Part shown: in pieces, positions 12,272 through 25,729 of the stretch
How the letters are laid out: every line of letters starts with the position of its first letter
Position numbering within the stretch: position 1 is the first letter of the stretch
Assembly (NCBI GenBank): GCA_951406725.2
Contig: OX597818.1
Coordinates: forward strand, 92,814,001 to 92,878,000
Direction: 5' to 3'
Source: Octopus vulgaris
Taxonomy: Eukaryota
DNA: 64,000 nt
The notes under the pieces: model-generated
What the model saw: only the letters and a program-made list of their open reading frames with translations
What the model was told of the DNA's origin: nothing
The model's database searches: none
Position numbers and translations under genes: made by a program

Positions 12272-12362
12272 GGTACGGCGTAGTGGTATGGTAAGATCCT
12301 TACTTTCCTTCCTAACTACATGGTTCCGGGTTCAATCTCACTGCGTGTCACCTTGGGCAATC
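12272..12362 (+). mobile_element. Diverged SINE family A head fragment
   Basis: catggttccgggttcaatctcactgcgtgtcaccttgggcaa matches the family A head. Confidence 0.65.
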
Positions 12363-13295
12363 ACTAAAGAATTGTTCTTTGACTGGTAAACAAGCCATTT
12401 TTGCACTTCTGTGTACAGCTTCTTCAACTGTAATGGTTTGCCATTCTAATTTGCTCTTTAGTTGCACAACGCACCGGGTCACATATGAATTTTCAAGGTT
12501 TGCAGAAAAGGCTACAGAAGATGGTATCTTGGAATAGTCATTACTGAAGAATGAATAGAGTCAGTAGAACGCTGGAGACGCACACACACACACACACAAA
12601 TGGAAAATAAGCCCGAACACGAACTGGAATTTGTTGTAAAAATAATTATAACTAATGCCTTAAAATGACACTTTGGTAATGCTAGCACTTTGATAGAAGC
12701 GTATTGTAAAATGGACAACGACAGGAAGGGAGGTAACGTTGTGAAGAGTTTAAGTGGAATTCTTAAGGAGAGAGAGAGAGAGATATAAACGAAATACGGC
12801 AAACAGCTGTGTGTGTCTATTTCTGGAAAGTGCATGACCTTTAACCGGAGCCGTCATCACTGATCTTGAGTTGTGTGTAGCGCTACCGGGATTAATCACA
12901 GGGGTACTACGAAAACTATATCGTAGGCTTCGGCTCAGAATCACATGCTGAGCGCAGAGTTTATTTAATATGTTTTTTTTTTTTTCCTATTTTTATTTAG
13001 GTAGTCATATATATGCATCATGTTATTTACATATTTCTCATTTTAAAATACTATGTTAAAGATATAATTATTTTACATTAACTTTATATCTATTAGTAAT
13101 AACTTGCGTTAAGCCTGATTTCTTGAAAGATAAAAATTAAAAGTTTTGAACGCTTTGAACGAATCTTCATTTAATTCATATTAAAATGGATTGGCTGAGC
13201 TCCGATTTCATTTAAGTTGATAGATCTAAGAATGCATCTTCGCCTTTGAATCCTGATTGCCTGCTCACACATGAGCACGCACGCACACACACACA

Positions 13296-13342
<47 letters not shown>

Positions 13343-13394
13343 GCACGCACACTCATAATATATTATATATAACATAAAGGCATTATATATAATA

Positions 13395-13907
13395 CTAGCA
13401 GTATCGCCCGGCGTTGCTCGGGTTTGTAAGGGAAATAACTATATAAGCATTTTTAGAGAGTTACTTCCCTTATAGATGCCAATTCGGGCTTTCTTAGCCA
13501 TTTCTGTTTTGGTGTCTTCAAGCCATGAAGTCGTTGTTCTAAAAGAACGCTGGTCTCCTTGACAACGCTTTACGACGTTGATTTCCTTACACCCCCTTCC
13601 CCACAGCTTCACGAGGGAGGGAAGAAGGGGGAGAAGCAAACAGGTGCAGGTGTGACCATGGACGCCAACTCCGCCGCCATCGACACACGAAAAATTATGC
13701 ATTAAAATGGAATAAAAAATGATGTTAAATTATTTTTTAAATCGTAGACTCATCGTAGACGCGCGCTAATACCCAGACGGGCTCGATATGAATCACGACT
13801 ATAAGATACCCGAATTTGGTTAAACTGCACCGCAAAATGTGGGAGTAGTTAGGAATCTAAATCGAAGGGGACAGACACTCACACAACTACAGTTTTAAAT
13901 ATATAGA
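13395..13907 (-). mobile_element. Non-autonomous Helitron (513 bp)
   Basis: On minus: A|TC start, subterminal hairpin cccgagcaacgccggg, CTAG|T end, no TSD. A near-identical copy lies at 46572-47075. Confidence 0.85.
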
Positions 13908-13944
13908 TATGTAATGTATGTAAATACGGATCTATACCTTTTGA

Positions 13945-14118
13945 CTTACAGATTTAAAAAATAATTTTTTGTAACTAAACACTTTCAAACTTCGAACACT
14001 GGTAGAATGTGTCATACAAAACATCTTTTACTCTTAGCATTTTTGAGAAAAAAACTTATATTTACGAAGTTATTTCACATTTAAGTTCTCATATTTCGGC
14101 AATTTCAACCAATCAATG
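13945..14118. repeat. Unclassified interspersed repeat (MITE-like)
   Basis: Similar in inverted orientation to 63767-63925. Confidence 0.45.
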
Positions 14119-14136
14119 ATGTGTATTCAGCTGAAT

Positions 14137-14285
14137 GAAATTAAGAAACTTGCTTCCCAATCACATCGTTTGAGGTTCGGTCTCACTGCGTAGCACCTTG
14201 AGCAAGTATCTTCTACTACAGCCACGGGCCAACCAACGCCTTGTGAGTGGATTTGGTGGACGGAAACTGAAAGACGCCTATTGTA
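14137..14285 (+). mobile_element. SINE family A 5' part, followed by a long (TA)/(TACA) tract to 14635
   Basis: Homology to the other family A copies. Confidence 0.75.
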
Positions 14286-14386
14286 TGTATATATACATAT
14301 ATATATATATGTATATATATATATATTCATATATATACATATATATATATACATATATATATGTATATACATATGTATATATATAT

Positions 14387-14471
<85 letters not shown>

Positions 14472-14546
14472 TATATATATACATACACACGCATATATAT
14501 ATATACATACACACGCATATACATACATATATATATTTATTTATAC

Positions 14547-14635
<89 letters not shown>

Positions 14636-14636
<1 letters not shown>

Positions 14637-16010
14637 CGGGAAGCTTTATGAAAATAAACAAAAAAGACGAAGGCAGGTGGAGTACAAACAAGCAATTGTA
14701 TTAGTATGGCGCTCAGGAACATAAATAAAACAAGTCTTTTACGTTTCGAGCCTACGCTCTTCAACAGAAAGTTACAGAAAAGAAACACGGAGAGAAACAA
14801 GGAGAAAAAAATGCGTGCCGAAGCTAGCGATTCAACATGGCGATCTGATTCCGGTCAGAAGTCAGAGATCAGACGTGAGAGCGAAAGTAGGGGAGATAAC
14901 AGGGTCAAATGACTTCGCCCCAACATAAGGGTGCGTGTGTGTATGAGAGAGTATGTAGTGCGTATGAAAAGTCTGGACGTGTGAATGTATGTATGATGTG
15001 ATGTGTAATGTCGTATGGTATAGTGTAGAGAGAGGAGATGAGGGGGAGGAGGGGAGAAGGAGGGAGGAGAGATGAGGGGATGGGAGAGGGGGGAAGAGGG
15101 GGAGAGGGAAAGAGGAGGGGAGGGGGAGGGGGAGAGAATGGGAGTGAGGGAGCAGAGAGAAAGAGAGAAGGGGAAGAGGGAAGAAGAAAGAGGAAAGAAG
15201 AGGAGGGAAGAAGGGAAGAGGAGGGAAAGAGAGTAGGGGTGAAAAGATGAAGGACTAAAGAGAAGTAGGAGGTTAGATGAGGAGGGGGGGAGAGTTGAGA
15301 CCAAATGGCGTAAAAGAGCGAAGAGAGAAGATTAATTCCTGTTCACGGCTCAAACGGGAATCCGGATGGCCTCTGTGCAAGGACAAACCGAACACAGACA
15401 GGTGTTGCAAGGAGTGACCGGTGGAGCGGAAATGGCGTGAGACCGGTGTGTCGTTGGCAAGGCGGATGACACCGAGGTGTTCCGCGAAGCGGTCAGCCAA
15501 GCGGCGTCCCGTTTGTCCGATGTACAGGGAATGGCAGAGAGAGCAAGAGATGCAATAGATGATATTGCTGGAGGTGCAGGTGAAGGAGTTGATGATGCGA
15601 TAGGGTCGATGATGGGTGCCAGTGAGGAGGGTGGTGTTGGAGAGGTAAGGGCAAGTGCGGTTACGTGGGCGGGAGCAGGGGAACGAGCCAGGTTGGGAGG
15701 TAGGGTCAGGGAAGGGGCTGTGGACCAAAAGGTCTCGTAGGTTATGGGCTCGTTTGAAGGAGGTGAGGGGTCGGTTAGGGAAGAGGTGTGAAGTGGACGG
15801 GTCGGACTGGAGATGCCGGAAAGCTCGAAGAATGGTGCGTTGGAGAGGTAGGGTCGTAGGGTGGTAAGTGAGGGGAAAAGAGAGGCGGGAGATTACAGGG
15901 CGGGTTCGGGGGGAGAGAGCAGATGCACGGTCTACGGAACGTGCTTTGGCAAGGGCGGTGTGGATAGTGGTGAGGGGGTATCCACGTAGGTGAGGGGGTA
16001 TCCAACGCAT
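14636..16010 (-). mobile_element. 5'-truncated Penelope-like element (Neptune-like): GIY-YIG endonuclease ORF plus 3' region with hammerhead
   Basis: ORF 15273-16010 contains LTYHP, FKRAHNLRDLLVHS, a Cys linker (FPCSRPRNRTCP), NIIYCISCSLCHSLYIGQTGRRLADRFAEH, VSRHF and REQELIFSLRSFTPFGLN. Confidence 0.88.
14736..14771 (-). ncRNA. Minimal hammerhead motif with an A6U core variant
   Basis: cttt-CTGTTGA-a-gagc gtag gctc-GAAA-cg-TA-aaag. Stems I and II are perfect. It is on the same strand as, and downstream of, the GIY-YIG ORF. Confidence 0.65.
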
Positions 16011-16099
16011 GGCTCGCCACTTCGGCGAGCCATGCGTTGAGACTGAGTCTCAAAGTCATGGTCGTCACTACAGAGCCTATATATACATATATACATATA

Positions 16100-17390
16100 C
16101 GAGAGGCGTTCAATAAGTAATGCCCCTGACCCACTTCCCATAGCAGTAGAGCAACGAAACTTGGCACAGGTATTAGTCTTTTTCAGCATAGGAACAACCC
16201 AGAGTTACGCATTTCTCCCATCGTTTGATACAGCTCTGGAGACCGTTTTCATAGAAGACCCCAGCTTGGTCCTCCAACCACGACGTGACTTCAAAAATCA
16301 AGGCTGCATCATCTGGGAAACGCTTTCCTTTCAAAAACAACTTCATGGCTGGGAAGAGGTGAAAATCAGAGGGTGCAAGGTCAGGAGAGTAGGGGGATGG
16401 GGGAAGTGTTCATAGCCATACGCCTGTGCTTCTGATCTGGCGACACGCGAGTTGTGGACCGGAGCGTTGTCCTGCAGGAGGAGGATGCCTTTGCTGATCT
16501 TGCCCCGCCTCTTGGTTTTGATAGCTTCTCTTAATTTTCTCAAAAGTGAAGCATGATAGGCTCCTGTAATTGTGGTACTCTTTGCCAGGAAATCTGTCAT
16601 CACTACTCCGTCCTGGTCCCAGAAGACTGTGAGCATGACCTTGCCAACGGAGGGCTGCACCCTTGCCTTCTTTGGAGGAGGTGAGTCATGGTGCTTCCAC
16701 TGCATTGACTGGGCTTTGGTCTCTGGATCATGGTGAAGGACCCAGGTCTCATCCTGTGTAATCAGTCTTTTGAAAAATTTTGACTCATCTTCTTGGCACA
16801 TCCCTAAATTCATCCTCGAGCACTCGACGCGTTCTTGCTTCAGGAAAAGTGTGAGCAACCTGGGAATCCATCTGGCAGACACCTTTTGCATATGCAAATG
16901 GTCATGAATGATAGTTTCCACAGACCCGGTACTAATCTTGACCTCATGGGCTATTTGGCGAATAGTTATGCATCCATCTTCCAAAATGACAGCCTCAACT
17001 TGACGGACAGATGCCTCATCAATGGCAGAAGGGGTACGACCAGATCTGGGAGCTGTTTCCACAGAGTTCCGACCATGTTTGAATTCACGATGCCAGCGTT
17101 TTACAAGGTCATATGATGGGGCATCATCACCATCAGTTATTTTCATTTCATCAAAAGTCTCCTGTGGTGTGCGTCATTTCAAATACAAAAACCGGATCAC
17201 TTCTCGACACTCAACAGGCTCCATTTCCCACTTGACTCATTTCAAACACATGTAAATCAGAAACCACTATTAGTTCGGAGCTGTAATTTGCCACTTAATC
17301 TATAGAGATATAAATAATTACACATGCAAAATCTCAGCTAGATCAATCAAGGCAAGTGGGTCAGAGGCATTACTTATTGAACGCCCCTCG
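16100..17390 (-). mobile_element. Full-length (1291 bp) inactive mariner, DD34D type
   Basis: TIRs cgag(a/g)ggcgttcaataagtaatgcc(c/t)ctgacccactt with TA TSDs. Transposase runs from ATG 17224 with an early stop; motifs WIPRLL, ITQDETWV, LQDNAPVH, and a frameshift at HPP/YSPDLAPSD. Confidence 0.95.
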
Positions 17391-17625
17391 TATTACATAC
17401 ATACTTATGCGCTTGAAAAGAGCGCATAAATAAATAAATAAATAAATAAATATAAATATATATATATAGAGAGAGAGAGAGAGGGTAATAAATAAAATAT
17501 ATGCATACATACAAACATATATGTACGTACCGGGTTCGTTTGAATTTTCGATTTTTCGAATTCTCACTTCGTTCCGTCTCTTTCTTCCCAGTTTGTTTTA
17601 CAGTATATATATATATATATATATA

Positions 17626-19338
17626 TCTTATTATAAAAGGCAGATTTTATCTGCCTCCCTTTGTATCTTATAGAAATCTACAATATAGGATTTCTTCAAT
17701 TACAATTTACCTAGCATTTTTAAGAGTAGAATGCATCGGGTCGTGCCAGGTCCAGTTTTTAAAATTTCAACACTAATTAAGCAAAATTTAGAGAAAACTC
17801 ACATTGTGGTGTATAAGTCAAATGCTTTTCTTAGTGTGGCCTACACCACACGCACACGAACACACACAGTGTGCAACGAATAAATTGAAAGTAATTCACT
17901 TTTTGTAGTGAGTGACTCTTTCACTCTGCCACTTCCTCTTTACACACATAGACACGCAAATATATAAATAAAATTGTAAGCTAACGTGTGTGTGTGAGTG
18001 TGTGTGTGTATGTGTGAGGGTGTGTGTGTGTGTGTGTGTGTGCGTGTGCGTGAGTGTGTGACAGGAAAGTTTTTTAGGACGAATATAAGACCTATATCCA
18101 AGTAGCAGAAAGATCGCCCAAAAGTGTATATTGATATTTAAATGTATTTATATATTCATCTATACACAGATGTATGTATAATGTGTGTGTATATATTTCC
18201 ATAGAGGTAACCTTTCACTCCATACAAAGTTTTTTAGGACGAATATAAGATCTAAAGTATATACAAGTAGCAGAAAGATCGCCCAAAAGTGTATATAGAT
18301 ATTTAATTGTATTTATATATTCATCTATACACAGATGTATGTATAATGTGTGTGTATATATTTCCATAGAGGTAACCATTCACTCCATACAAAGTTTTTT
18401 AGGACGAAAATAAGATCTAAAGTTATCTCTAAGAAACAGAAAGATCGCCCAAAAGTGTATATAGATATTTAAATGTATTTATATATTCATCTATACACAC
18501 ATGTATGTATAATGTGCGTGTATATATTTCCATAGAGGTAACCATTCAATCCATACAAAGTTTTTTAGGACGAAAATATTTATATATAAAAGAAAGGTTG
18601 TGTGTCTGTCTACTCCGATTTAGATTCCTAACTACTCCCACATTTTGCGATGCAGTTTAACCAAAACCGGGTATCTTATAGTCGTGATTCATATCGAACC
18701 CTTCTGGGTATTAGCGCGCGTCTACGATGAGTCTTTGATTTTACAAATAATTTACCATCATTTTTTCCATTTTAATGCATATTTTTTTTAATAAAGGGAA
18801 GTAACTCTCAAACTTCACACCAATATGCGTGCTCATATGCGACGTAATATCACATTTGTACCATTGTTAAGACGCCTTCTGATCTCAGAGATGCAGTGTT
18901 CCCAGATCTACAAGCTAATTATCAGAATATGGATTGGATTGGCAAAAAGGTCTATACTGGCCCCGAGGAATAAAACTGTTCACCATATTAATGATGAAAT
19001 GCTAAAACTCATTCCTGGGGAAGTCTATGTATATCAGTCTATCGATACAACTCCTGACCCAGAGGACGTCATCAACTATCCAATAGAGGTACTCAATTCC
19101 TTTGAGCACTCCGGACTACCACCACACTTTCTCAAACTTAAAGTTGGTGCCCCTATAATGCTCATTAGAAATTTGGTTCCCCCAAAACAATGCAATGGCA
19201 CACGTTTGATCGTTAAGTCCTTATCTCCCACCGTAAGCTTATATCAATATTTGCCTGAATAATCATCATAATTCAGTGCAATCATTAACAGTACTTTCAA
19301 GCAATTCTGCCCCGAGCAACGCCGGGCAATTCTGCTAG
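17626..19338 (+). mobile_element. Chimeric non-autonomous Helitron with a PIF1 helicase fragment
   Basis: A|TC start, gccccgagcaacgccgggc hairpin, CTAG|T end. Termini are shared with 54146-57725. ORF 18825-19262 contains ILAPRN...GLPPHFLKLKVGAPIMLIRNL...CNGTRL. A nested 5' piece of the 13395 family lies at 18580-18810. Confidence 0.9.
18066..18577 (+). repeat. ~165-bp tandem repeat (3 copies plus) inside the Helitron
   Basis: aaagttttttaggacgaa recurs at ~18066, 18225, 18391 and 18557. Confidence 0.9.
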
Positions 19339-19704
19339 TATATATATGGTTTGCGTAAACGAATGGCCCTGCACAGATCCCAGATAAAAATTCCCCAAAA
19401 CAGGAAAATAGCTTTTAGCCAACACATAGATACTTGCGCCAACAAAAAACACCAAACTTCAGAATTTTCCCCTCTACCAATTTAGGGACGATACAACCTC
19501 GAGACAACGAATAAGTAAAGAAAATCTCTTTATTATAAAATACAGGCCACTTCTTAACGGGTCTACGACAAACAATTAATATACCTCAACTTAAGAATAA
19601 AAGAAATATATATACACACACAAATATTACATTCCATAGAATCCATTACTAATCGCCCCAAAACAGCTATATCTTCACCCATTCATATTCTCCCTTCTCT
19701 GTTT

Positions 19705-19880
19705 TTTTCTTCTTCTTCCTTTTCTTCTTCTTCATCATCATCGTTATCATCATCATCGTCGTCATCGTCATCACCACCATCATCATCGTCATCTTCTCCT
19801 TCTCCTTCTTCTTCTTCATCGTCATCATCATCGGCACCGTCATCTTCTTCTTCTTCTTCTACTTCTCCACCTTCTACCCC
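19705..19880. repeat. (TTC)/(TCA) low-complexity tract
   Basis: Directly visible. Confidence 0.9.
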
Positions 19881-20205
19881 CACTAATGTCTTTAAGTATA
19901 ACGCCTACGCAGCGACTGCCGGTCGCCACTGACCAGCCCAGATTTTCCCACTCCCACCCCCTCAAGAACTCACAACGACCTCGAATACACAAGTGCAAAC
20001 AAGGGAGTCAGAGAAAGGCAGAATGCCACCTATATCGGAACACTACTATGGAAGTATTCCTTTAAAAAAACATTTCTTCTAATTGTTCTAAATTTTTCAA
20101 AATTTAATTATTTAATCGTTACAGTTGAAAAGGTCTCAAAATGACCGAAACCGGTACTGAAAGATTCACTATAAAATCATCTTAGCATTTTCTATTTTTG
20201 ACTTG

Positions 20206-20251
<46 letters not shown>

Positions 20252-20276
20252 ATGCGTATGTATGTATGTATATATT

Positions 20277-20490
20277 TGTGTACTTGTGTCTGTTTGTCTC
20301 CCTTCATCTCTTGACAACCGATGTTGGTGTGTATACGTCCCCGTAACTTAGCGGTTCGGTAAACGGGGCCGATAGAATAAATACCAGGCTTACAATGAAT
20401 GAGACCAGGTGTCGATTTCTTCGACTAAAAGAGGCCGTGCTCTAGCATGGCCACAGTTAAAATTACTAAAACAAAAGAGTAAAAGAATAA
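20277..20490 (+). mobile_element. SINE family A 3' half
   Basis: cttgacaaccgatgttggtgtg...ccccgtaacttagcggttcgg...catggccacag tail. Confidence 0.75.
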
Positions 20491-20492
20491 AA

Positions 20493-20536
<44 letters not shown>

Positions 20537-20537
20537 A

Positions 20538-20619
<82 letters not shown>

Positions 20620-21107
20620 TGTATGTATGTATACAGACATACACACGGCAAACGTTATGTCCTGTTAAACGTGGATGTATATTTACAAAGGCGAATACTA
20701 CTGTATTCCCTTGAGAGATTTTATATAACCATACGATGCTAAGAGTACTGACATTTATCGCAGCAGACGAGAACTATCTAATACAACTGCTGGAACTGCT
20801 AGATCACATGATTTCAGTGTACTACATTTCCTCAGTGTCAGGCTCCATACTCCTTTACAGCTAAATCTCACTGCTAACGATATATAGAATAGTGATCTTT
20901 CAGTCAGTGATGCCGAAAAAAACCAGCAGCTACATAAACATACATTGTGTCTACATCACTTAACCAATAAAGATGAAACAAGTTGCCACTTTGCTTATAA
21001 ATACAACAAATTCAATAGCTTTGGAGAACTGGAGCGATTAATTTGTATACTATAAGTACTTAACACTTTATTTAATATAAATAATATTCAATATAAAATG
21101 TGTTTGT

Positions 21108-21108
21108 G

Positions 21109-21186
<78 letters not shown>

Positions 21187-21191
21187 TACTA

Positions 21192-21264
<73 letters not shown>
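21108..21264. repeat. (ATT)n microsatellite abutting an R4/Dong 3' end
   Basis: Directly visible. Confidence 0.95.
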
Positions 21265-21265
<1 letters not shown>

Positions 21266-23195
21266 GCCCTTGCACAACTTCTAACGCTAGAGCTGTACTA
21301 CGGTGTCAGCTGTTCACTACCAGTGAACTAAGGTAACATCTCTTATTTTTCGAGCACCTTCCGGAATATTCGAGCAGTTCCAAGCAGTGCTGTTTTCGGC
21401 AAGTGCTCCCCCTTATTGCAGCCCCTATTTGTTCCACGTACTTCTCGAGATTTTTGCTCACTGTTCCCAGGGCTCCGACAATTATTGGTACTACTGCTAT
21501 CTTTTTCATCGACCACAAATGCTTAACTTCCCAAGTTAACCTGTCATATCTCTCAACTTTTCTTTCTTCCTTATCGCATACCTTGTTGTCAGCTGGGCAT
21601 GCTCTATCTATGATCCAGCATAGTTTGTTTTCTTTCTCAATTTAGACTATGTCTGGCTTCCTATTCTCTATCTCATGGTCGCACTGAAGCATAAAATCCC
21701 ATAGGATCTTTGCATTTCACTTTTGACGATGCCTTCCGGTTTCTGCAGTATTGTCTATTCTGTATTTTACGTAGTTCGTTCTTAGTGCTTGCTCTTGGGC
21801 AGCACAGATTAGAGCCTCCGTTTCCGGTTTTAAATCACTTTTAGTCATCTTTTTTCTGTTTGTCTTATCTTCAACATCCCTATGAATTTGTCCATGCATT
21901 CTCTTCTTTACCCACCTATTTTCAGTTTCATTCGTTATTTATTTCTTGTATAGTGTTTTATCTTTGCAATCTTTCATCCTACACAAACCTGACCTTCTTA
22001 CTTCCAATAATAACGGTTCTGTGGTATTTTATTAGATACCATGCTATGTTGTTTTCTTCTGCTGTAATGCTGTGTTCGCATCCAATAAGTCCTCTTCCCC
22101 CTCTTTTTCTTGGTACATACAGTCTGTCTGTGTCACTTTTGGGGTGGAGTGACCCATATCTAGTTAGCAACTTCCTTGTCTTTCGATCTAAGCTGCTTAG
22201 TTCGTCTACTGTCCATGCGATTACCTCTGGTCCATATCTAAGGAGTGAAACCGCCCAGGTGTTGATAGCTTCGATCTTATTGCATCTGTTTAATTTCGAC
22301 TTAAGGATCAGTCTCTGTCTGCGCAAGTACTCCACCTTAAATTTTTCTGTCATTTCTTTCTCCATCAATTTATCCATTTCCAAAACCCCCAAGTACTTAT
22401 AGCCCGTCTCTTCTATCTACTTCATAACCTCCCCCAACGGTATCGTTAGCCCGTCCATACATTTGATTTTACTTCTCTTCAAGACTAACACCCCACACTT
22501 ACTCAGTCCGAACTCCATTCTGATATCAGCACTGAAGGAACTGGGAACAACGAGAGAACTGACTTGAGCTTCATCTTTACCATAAAGTTTGAGGTCATCC
22601 TTGAATAACAAATGGTCGACGTTTTGTTGGTGGCTTTTGAATACATACCCAGCTTTGCTTTCCTTAGAATCAGTGTTAGTGGTATCAAGCACTGTACAAA
22701 GATCAGTGGAGACAGGCAGTCCCCTTGGAAGATGCCCCTCCTAATTTATACAGTCTCTAAACTTCTTCCGTAAGCTGTCAGGTCCGTCCTCCAATTCGCC
22801 ATACTTTTTCCAAGCAATCGCTCAACATTCGATGTAATACCAAATAGGTTCATACACTCCATAATCCAAGAACGTAGGATCATATCGTACGCCTTACGAT
22901 AATCGATCCATGACATGGCTAAGTTACTTTTCCTCCTCTTGCAGTCTCTAAGTACAGTTTTGTCTATCAGGAGTTGATCCTTGGTACTCTGCACTTACGC
23001 TTGCAGCCCTTCTGCTCATGTGGCAGGACACTTTTTTTCCCAGATGTTCATACATTGACTCTGTGAGTATTCCAGTCAATGACGTCCACATAAGTGGCAA
23101 ACAGGACATCGGCCTGTAATTGTCGTCCGCATTGCCTTTTTAGATGTTTTTCAGCACAGCACTGTCCTACCAGATATGAACCACTCTGGTGTTTC
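21265..23195 (-). mobile_element. Degenerate R4/Dong-like (RLE-type) non-LTR retrotransposon, 5'-truncated
   Basis: RT motifs [39 protein letters not shown]; LYVPRKRGGRGL; AAQEQALRTN; RLE motifs KPDIV..IIDRACP and VVPIIVGALGTV. Confidence 0.88.
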
Positions 23196-23505
23196 CAAAT
23201 GTGAATTATCCAAACCTCTACAAATTCCTTTCAACACAAGGCTATGATGCTCCCCCACTACTTCTGCTCATGATCAGAGATGCACATGTCATCAACCATT
23301 AAGGGACATGCTCAATTGTTTAAGGTCAAACAACCGACAAGCAAATCTGTGGTATTGAGCAGAATATTTGCTGTTAGCCCATCTTTTATACCAAGACAAA
23401 ACAATGTACATGATAACACTGCCAATCGGTTAAAATCAGAAGCCATGAGAGCCTGTCTGGTACTGCATCAGGGCATTTATTGTTGTTGTTGTTGTTGTTG
23501 TTGTT

Positions 23506-24957
23506 AAACTAAACTCACTAGTTCGTTCATTTTTTTTTTAAAGTTAAATTAAAATACATGGGTAGTAATAGTTCTCACATCGACAATGCTCATCTCAATA
23601 CGTGTGATGTACCAGTTAAGACAATCTTTTGTACTTCTTGCAGGGATGGTAAGCCATGGATCATTCTCATATAATTTTCGGTTCCCTTTTTGATCATTCT
23701 TAGTGCTCCTACGATCACTGGTATCGTAACCGCCTTGAGATGCCACATTTTCTCAATTTCAATGAGCAGGTCTTTATATTTTCTGAGCTTGTCAAACTCT
23801 TTCGCCGAGATATTATGATCACAGGGGATGCTCATGTCGATCAATAAGCAAACTTTATTGTTTTTGTCTTTCACAACAATATCTGGTTTATTGGCTTTGG
23901 TGGTTCGGTCTGTATGTACTGGAAAGTCCCACAGAATCGTTACATTTTCTCCTTCAGTTACAGCTTCAGGGTGGTGATTTTGACTTGTCGGCAGTTTTGA
24001 TATTGTAATGCCGACTTATTAGCCAGTGTAGATATTGGCCAACTCTGTCATGTCTTAATTTATACTCCACTGGTGCTAAGACTTTACATCCAGAGATTAG
24101 GTGGTCCACTGTTTCAATCATGTCGTTGCAGAATCGGCATTTTGGGTCTGCTCCATTTTTCATCACTTTGGCCTGGTAATTCCGGGTTAATAGGCTTTGA
24201 TCTTGAGCAGCCAGGATGAAACCTTCGCTCTCTGCTTTTAGCCCTGAGTTCCGTAGCCACTGATGGGTTTGCTTCTGGTCAACATCAGCTTGTTTGCTAC
24301 GGGACACATATTTGCCGTGCAGAGGTTTCTCCTCCCACCTATCAGCCAATTGCTCGTGCGCTTTTTTCGTTGCCATTATTTTCACCTTCTTTGCAACAAT
24401 AGTTGCCGTACTTCCCTCGGGTTGTTCAGTTTGGGTATCCTGCACGAGATCAATAGCAAATTTTTTGCTTTCCTTTATGATAGAATGAAGCTTCTTTCGT
24501 CTCTCGTGATTTTCCACGAGCTTTAGCATCCAGTCATTCGTTATTTCAAGATATTTGGCCAGTCCAATTGTGGTTGTTTTGTAAGCTAGTTCAAATTGGA
24601 TCAGGCCTCGACCTCCTTGGGCTCTGGGAAGGTAAAGGCGATCTACGTCTGCCTTTGGGTGGTGCATCCTATTACAACTCAGCAGCTTGCGTATTTTCCT
24701 ATCTATATTCTTTACTTCACTCATATTCCAGTTCAACACATTGTAGCTATAAGTAACAAGTGGAACTGCTAAGGAATTTATAGCTAACACCTTGTTACGT
24801 GCATTTAGTTCAGATTTCAGAACTGCACGAACTCTCCTATAACATTCCTTCCTGATCTTCTCTTTCATGCTTGCATGCTGAATACCAGAGCCTTCATTTA
24901 TCTCTAAATATTTGTATGTTTGTTCTTGCTCAAGCTCTCTTATGACTGTGTCAACAC

Positions 24958-24958
<1 letters not shown>
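23506..24958 (-). mobile_element. Second R4/Dong-like element 3' portion, relatively intact
   Basis: ORF 23966-24868 has RLYLPRAQGGRGL, AAQDQSLLTRNY and a CCHC knuckle (CRFC..ETVDHLISGC). ORF 23590-23874 and its upstream frame have ANKPDIVVKD..LLIDMSIP. The 3' end abuts (AAC)n. Confidence 0.92.
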
Positions 24959-25006
<48 letters not shown>

Positions 25007-25024
25007 TTATTTATTTATCTATCT

Positions 25025-25240
25025 AATCAAAATAAGCAACAAGGATATCCAAAGGTAATGCGGTACGATCGTTTCATGCGACTCCATTTAATTGAATAAG
25101 GCAAATATTACATCAATTTAAAATGTAGAGCAATCTTCGGCTGCATAAAAATATAGAATTTAGTTAAATTCGAAGGACTCATTTGCATGAAACGATCGTA
25201 CTGCATTACCTCTGGATATCCTTGTTGTTTATTTTGATTA
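25025..25240. repeat. Inverted repeat (~55-bp arms) carrying the hammerhead 3' half GAAACGATCGTA
   Basis: 25025-25079 is the reverse complement of ~25184-25238. It shares catgaaacgatcgta with the 837-1323 palindrome. Confidence 0.7.
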
Positions 25241-25338
25241 TAATCACTCCATTTTGAATTATATGGATAATACCATACTAAATTCTGATACCTTTAACTT
25301 AAGTACCATATTCATCTGAATCTAAATTTTTACTGAAC

Positions 25339-25339
<1 letters not shown>

Positions 25340-25428
<89 letters not shown>

Positions 25429-25575
25429 GTCTGTCTGTCTATCTATCTATCTGTATATCTATCTATCTGTCTGTCTATCTGTCTAATTATCTATCTGTCT
25501 GTCTATCTATCTATCTATGCATCTATCTATTTATCTATCTATCTCCTCTCTCCCTCTCTCTCTCACTTTCTCTCT

Positions 25576-25625
<50 letters not shown>

Positions 25626-25662
25626 TCACACACACACATACACACATACACACATACATACA
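25340..25662. repeat. Compound microsatellite (TATC)n/(TC)n/(TA)n/(CA)n
   Basis: Directly visible. Confidence 0.95.
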
Positions 25663-25729
25663 CTGTATTCTTTCTCTTACCACCATGTTCTTGTCGGAGC
25701 AACACATTCCACATGCATAATCGTTAAAC

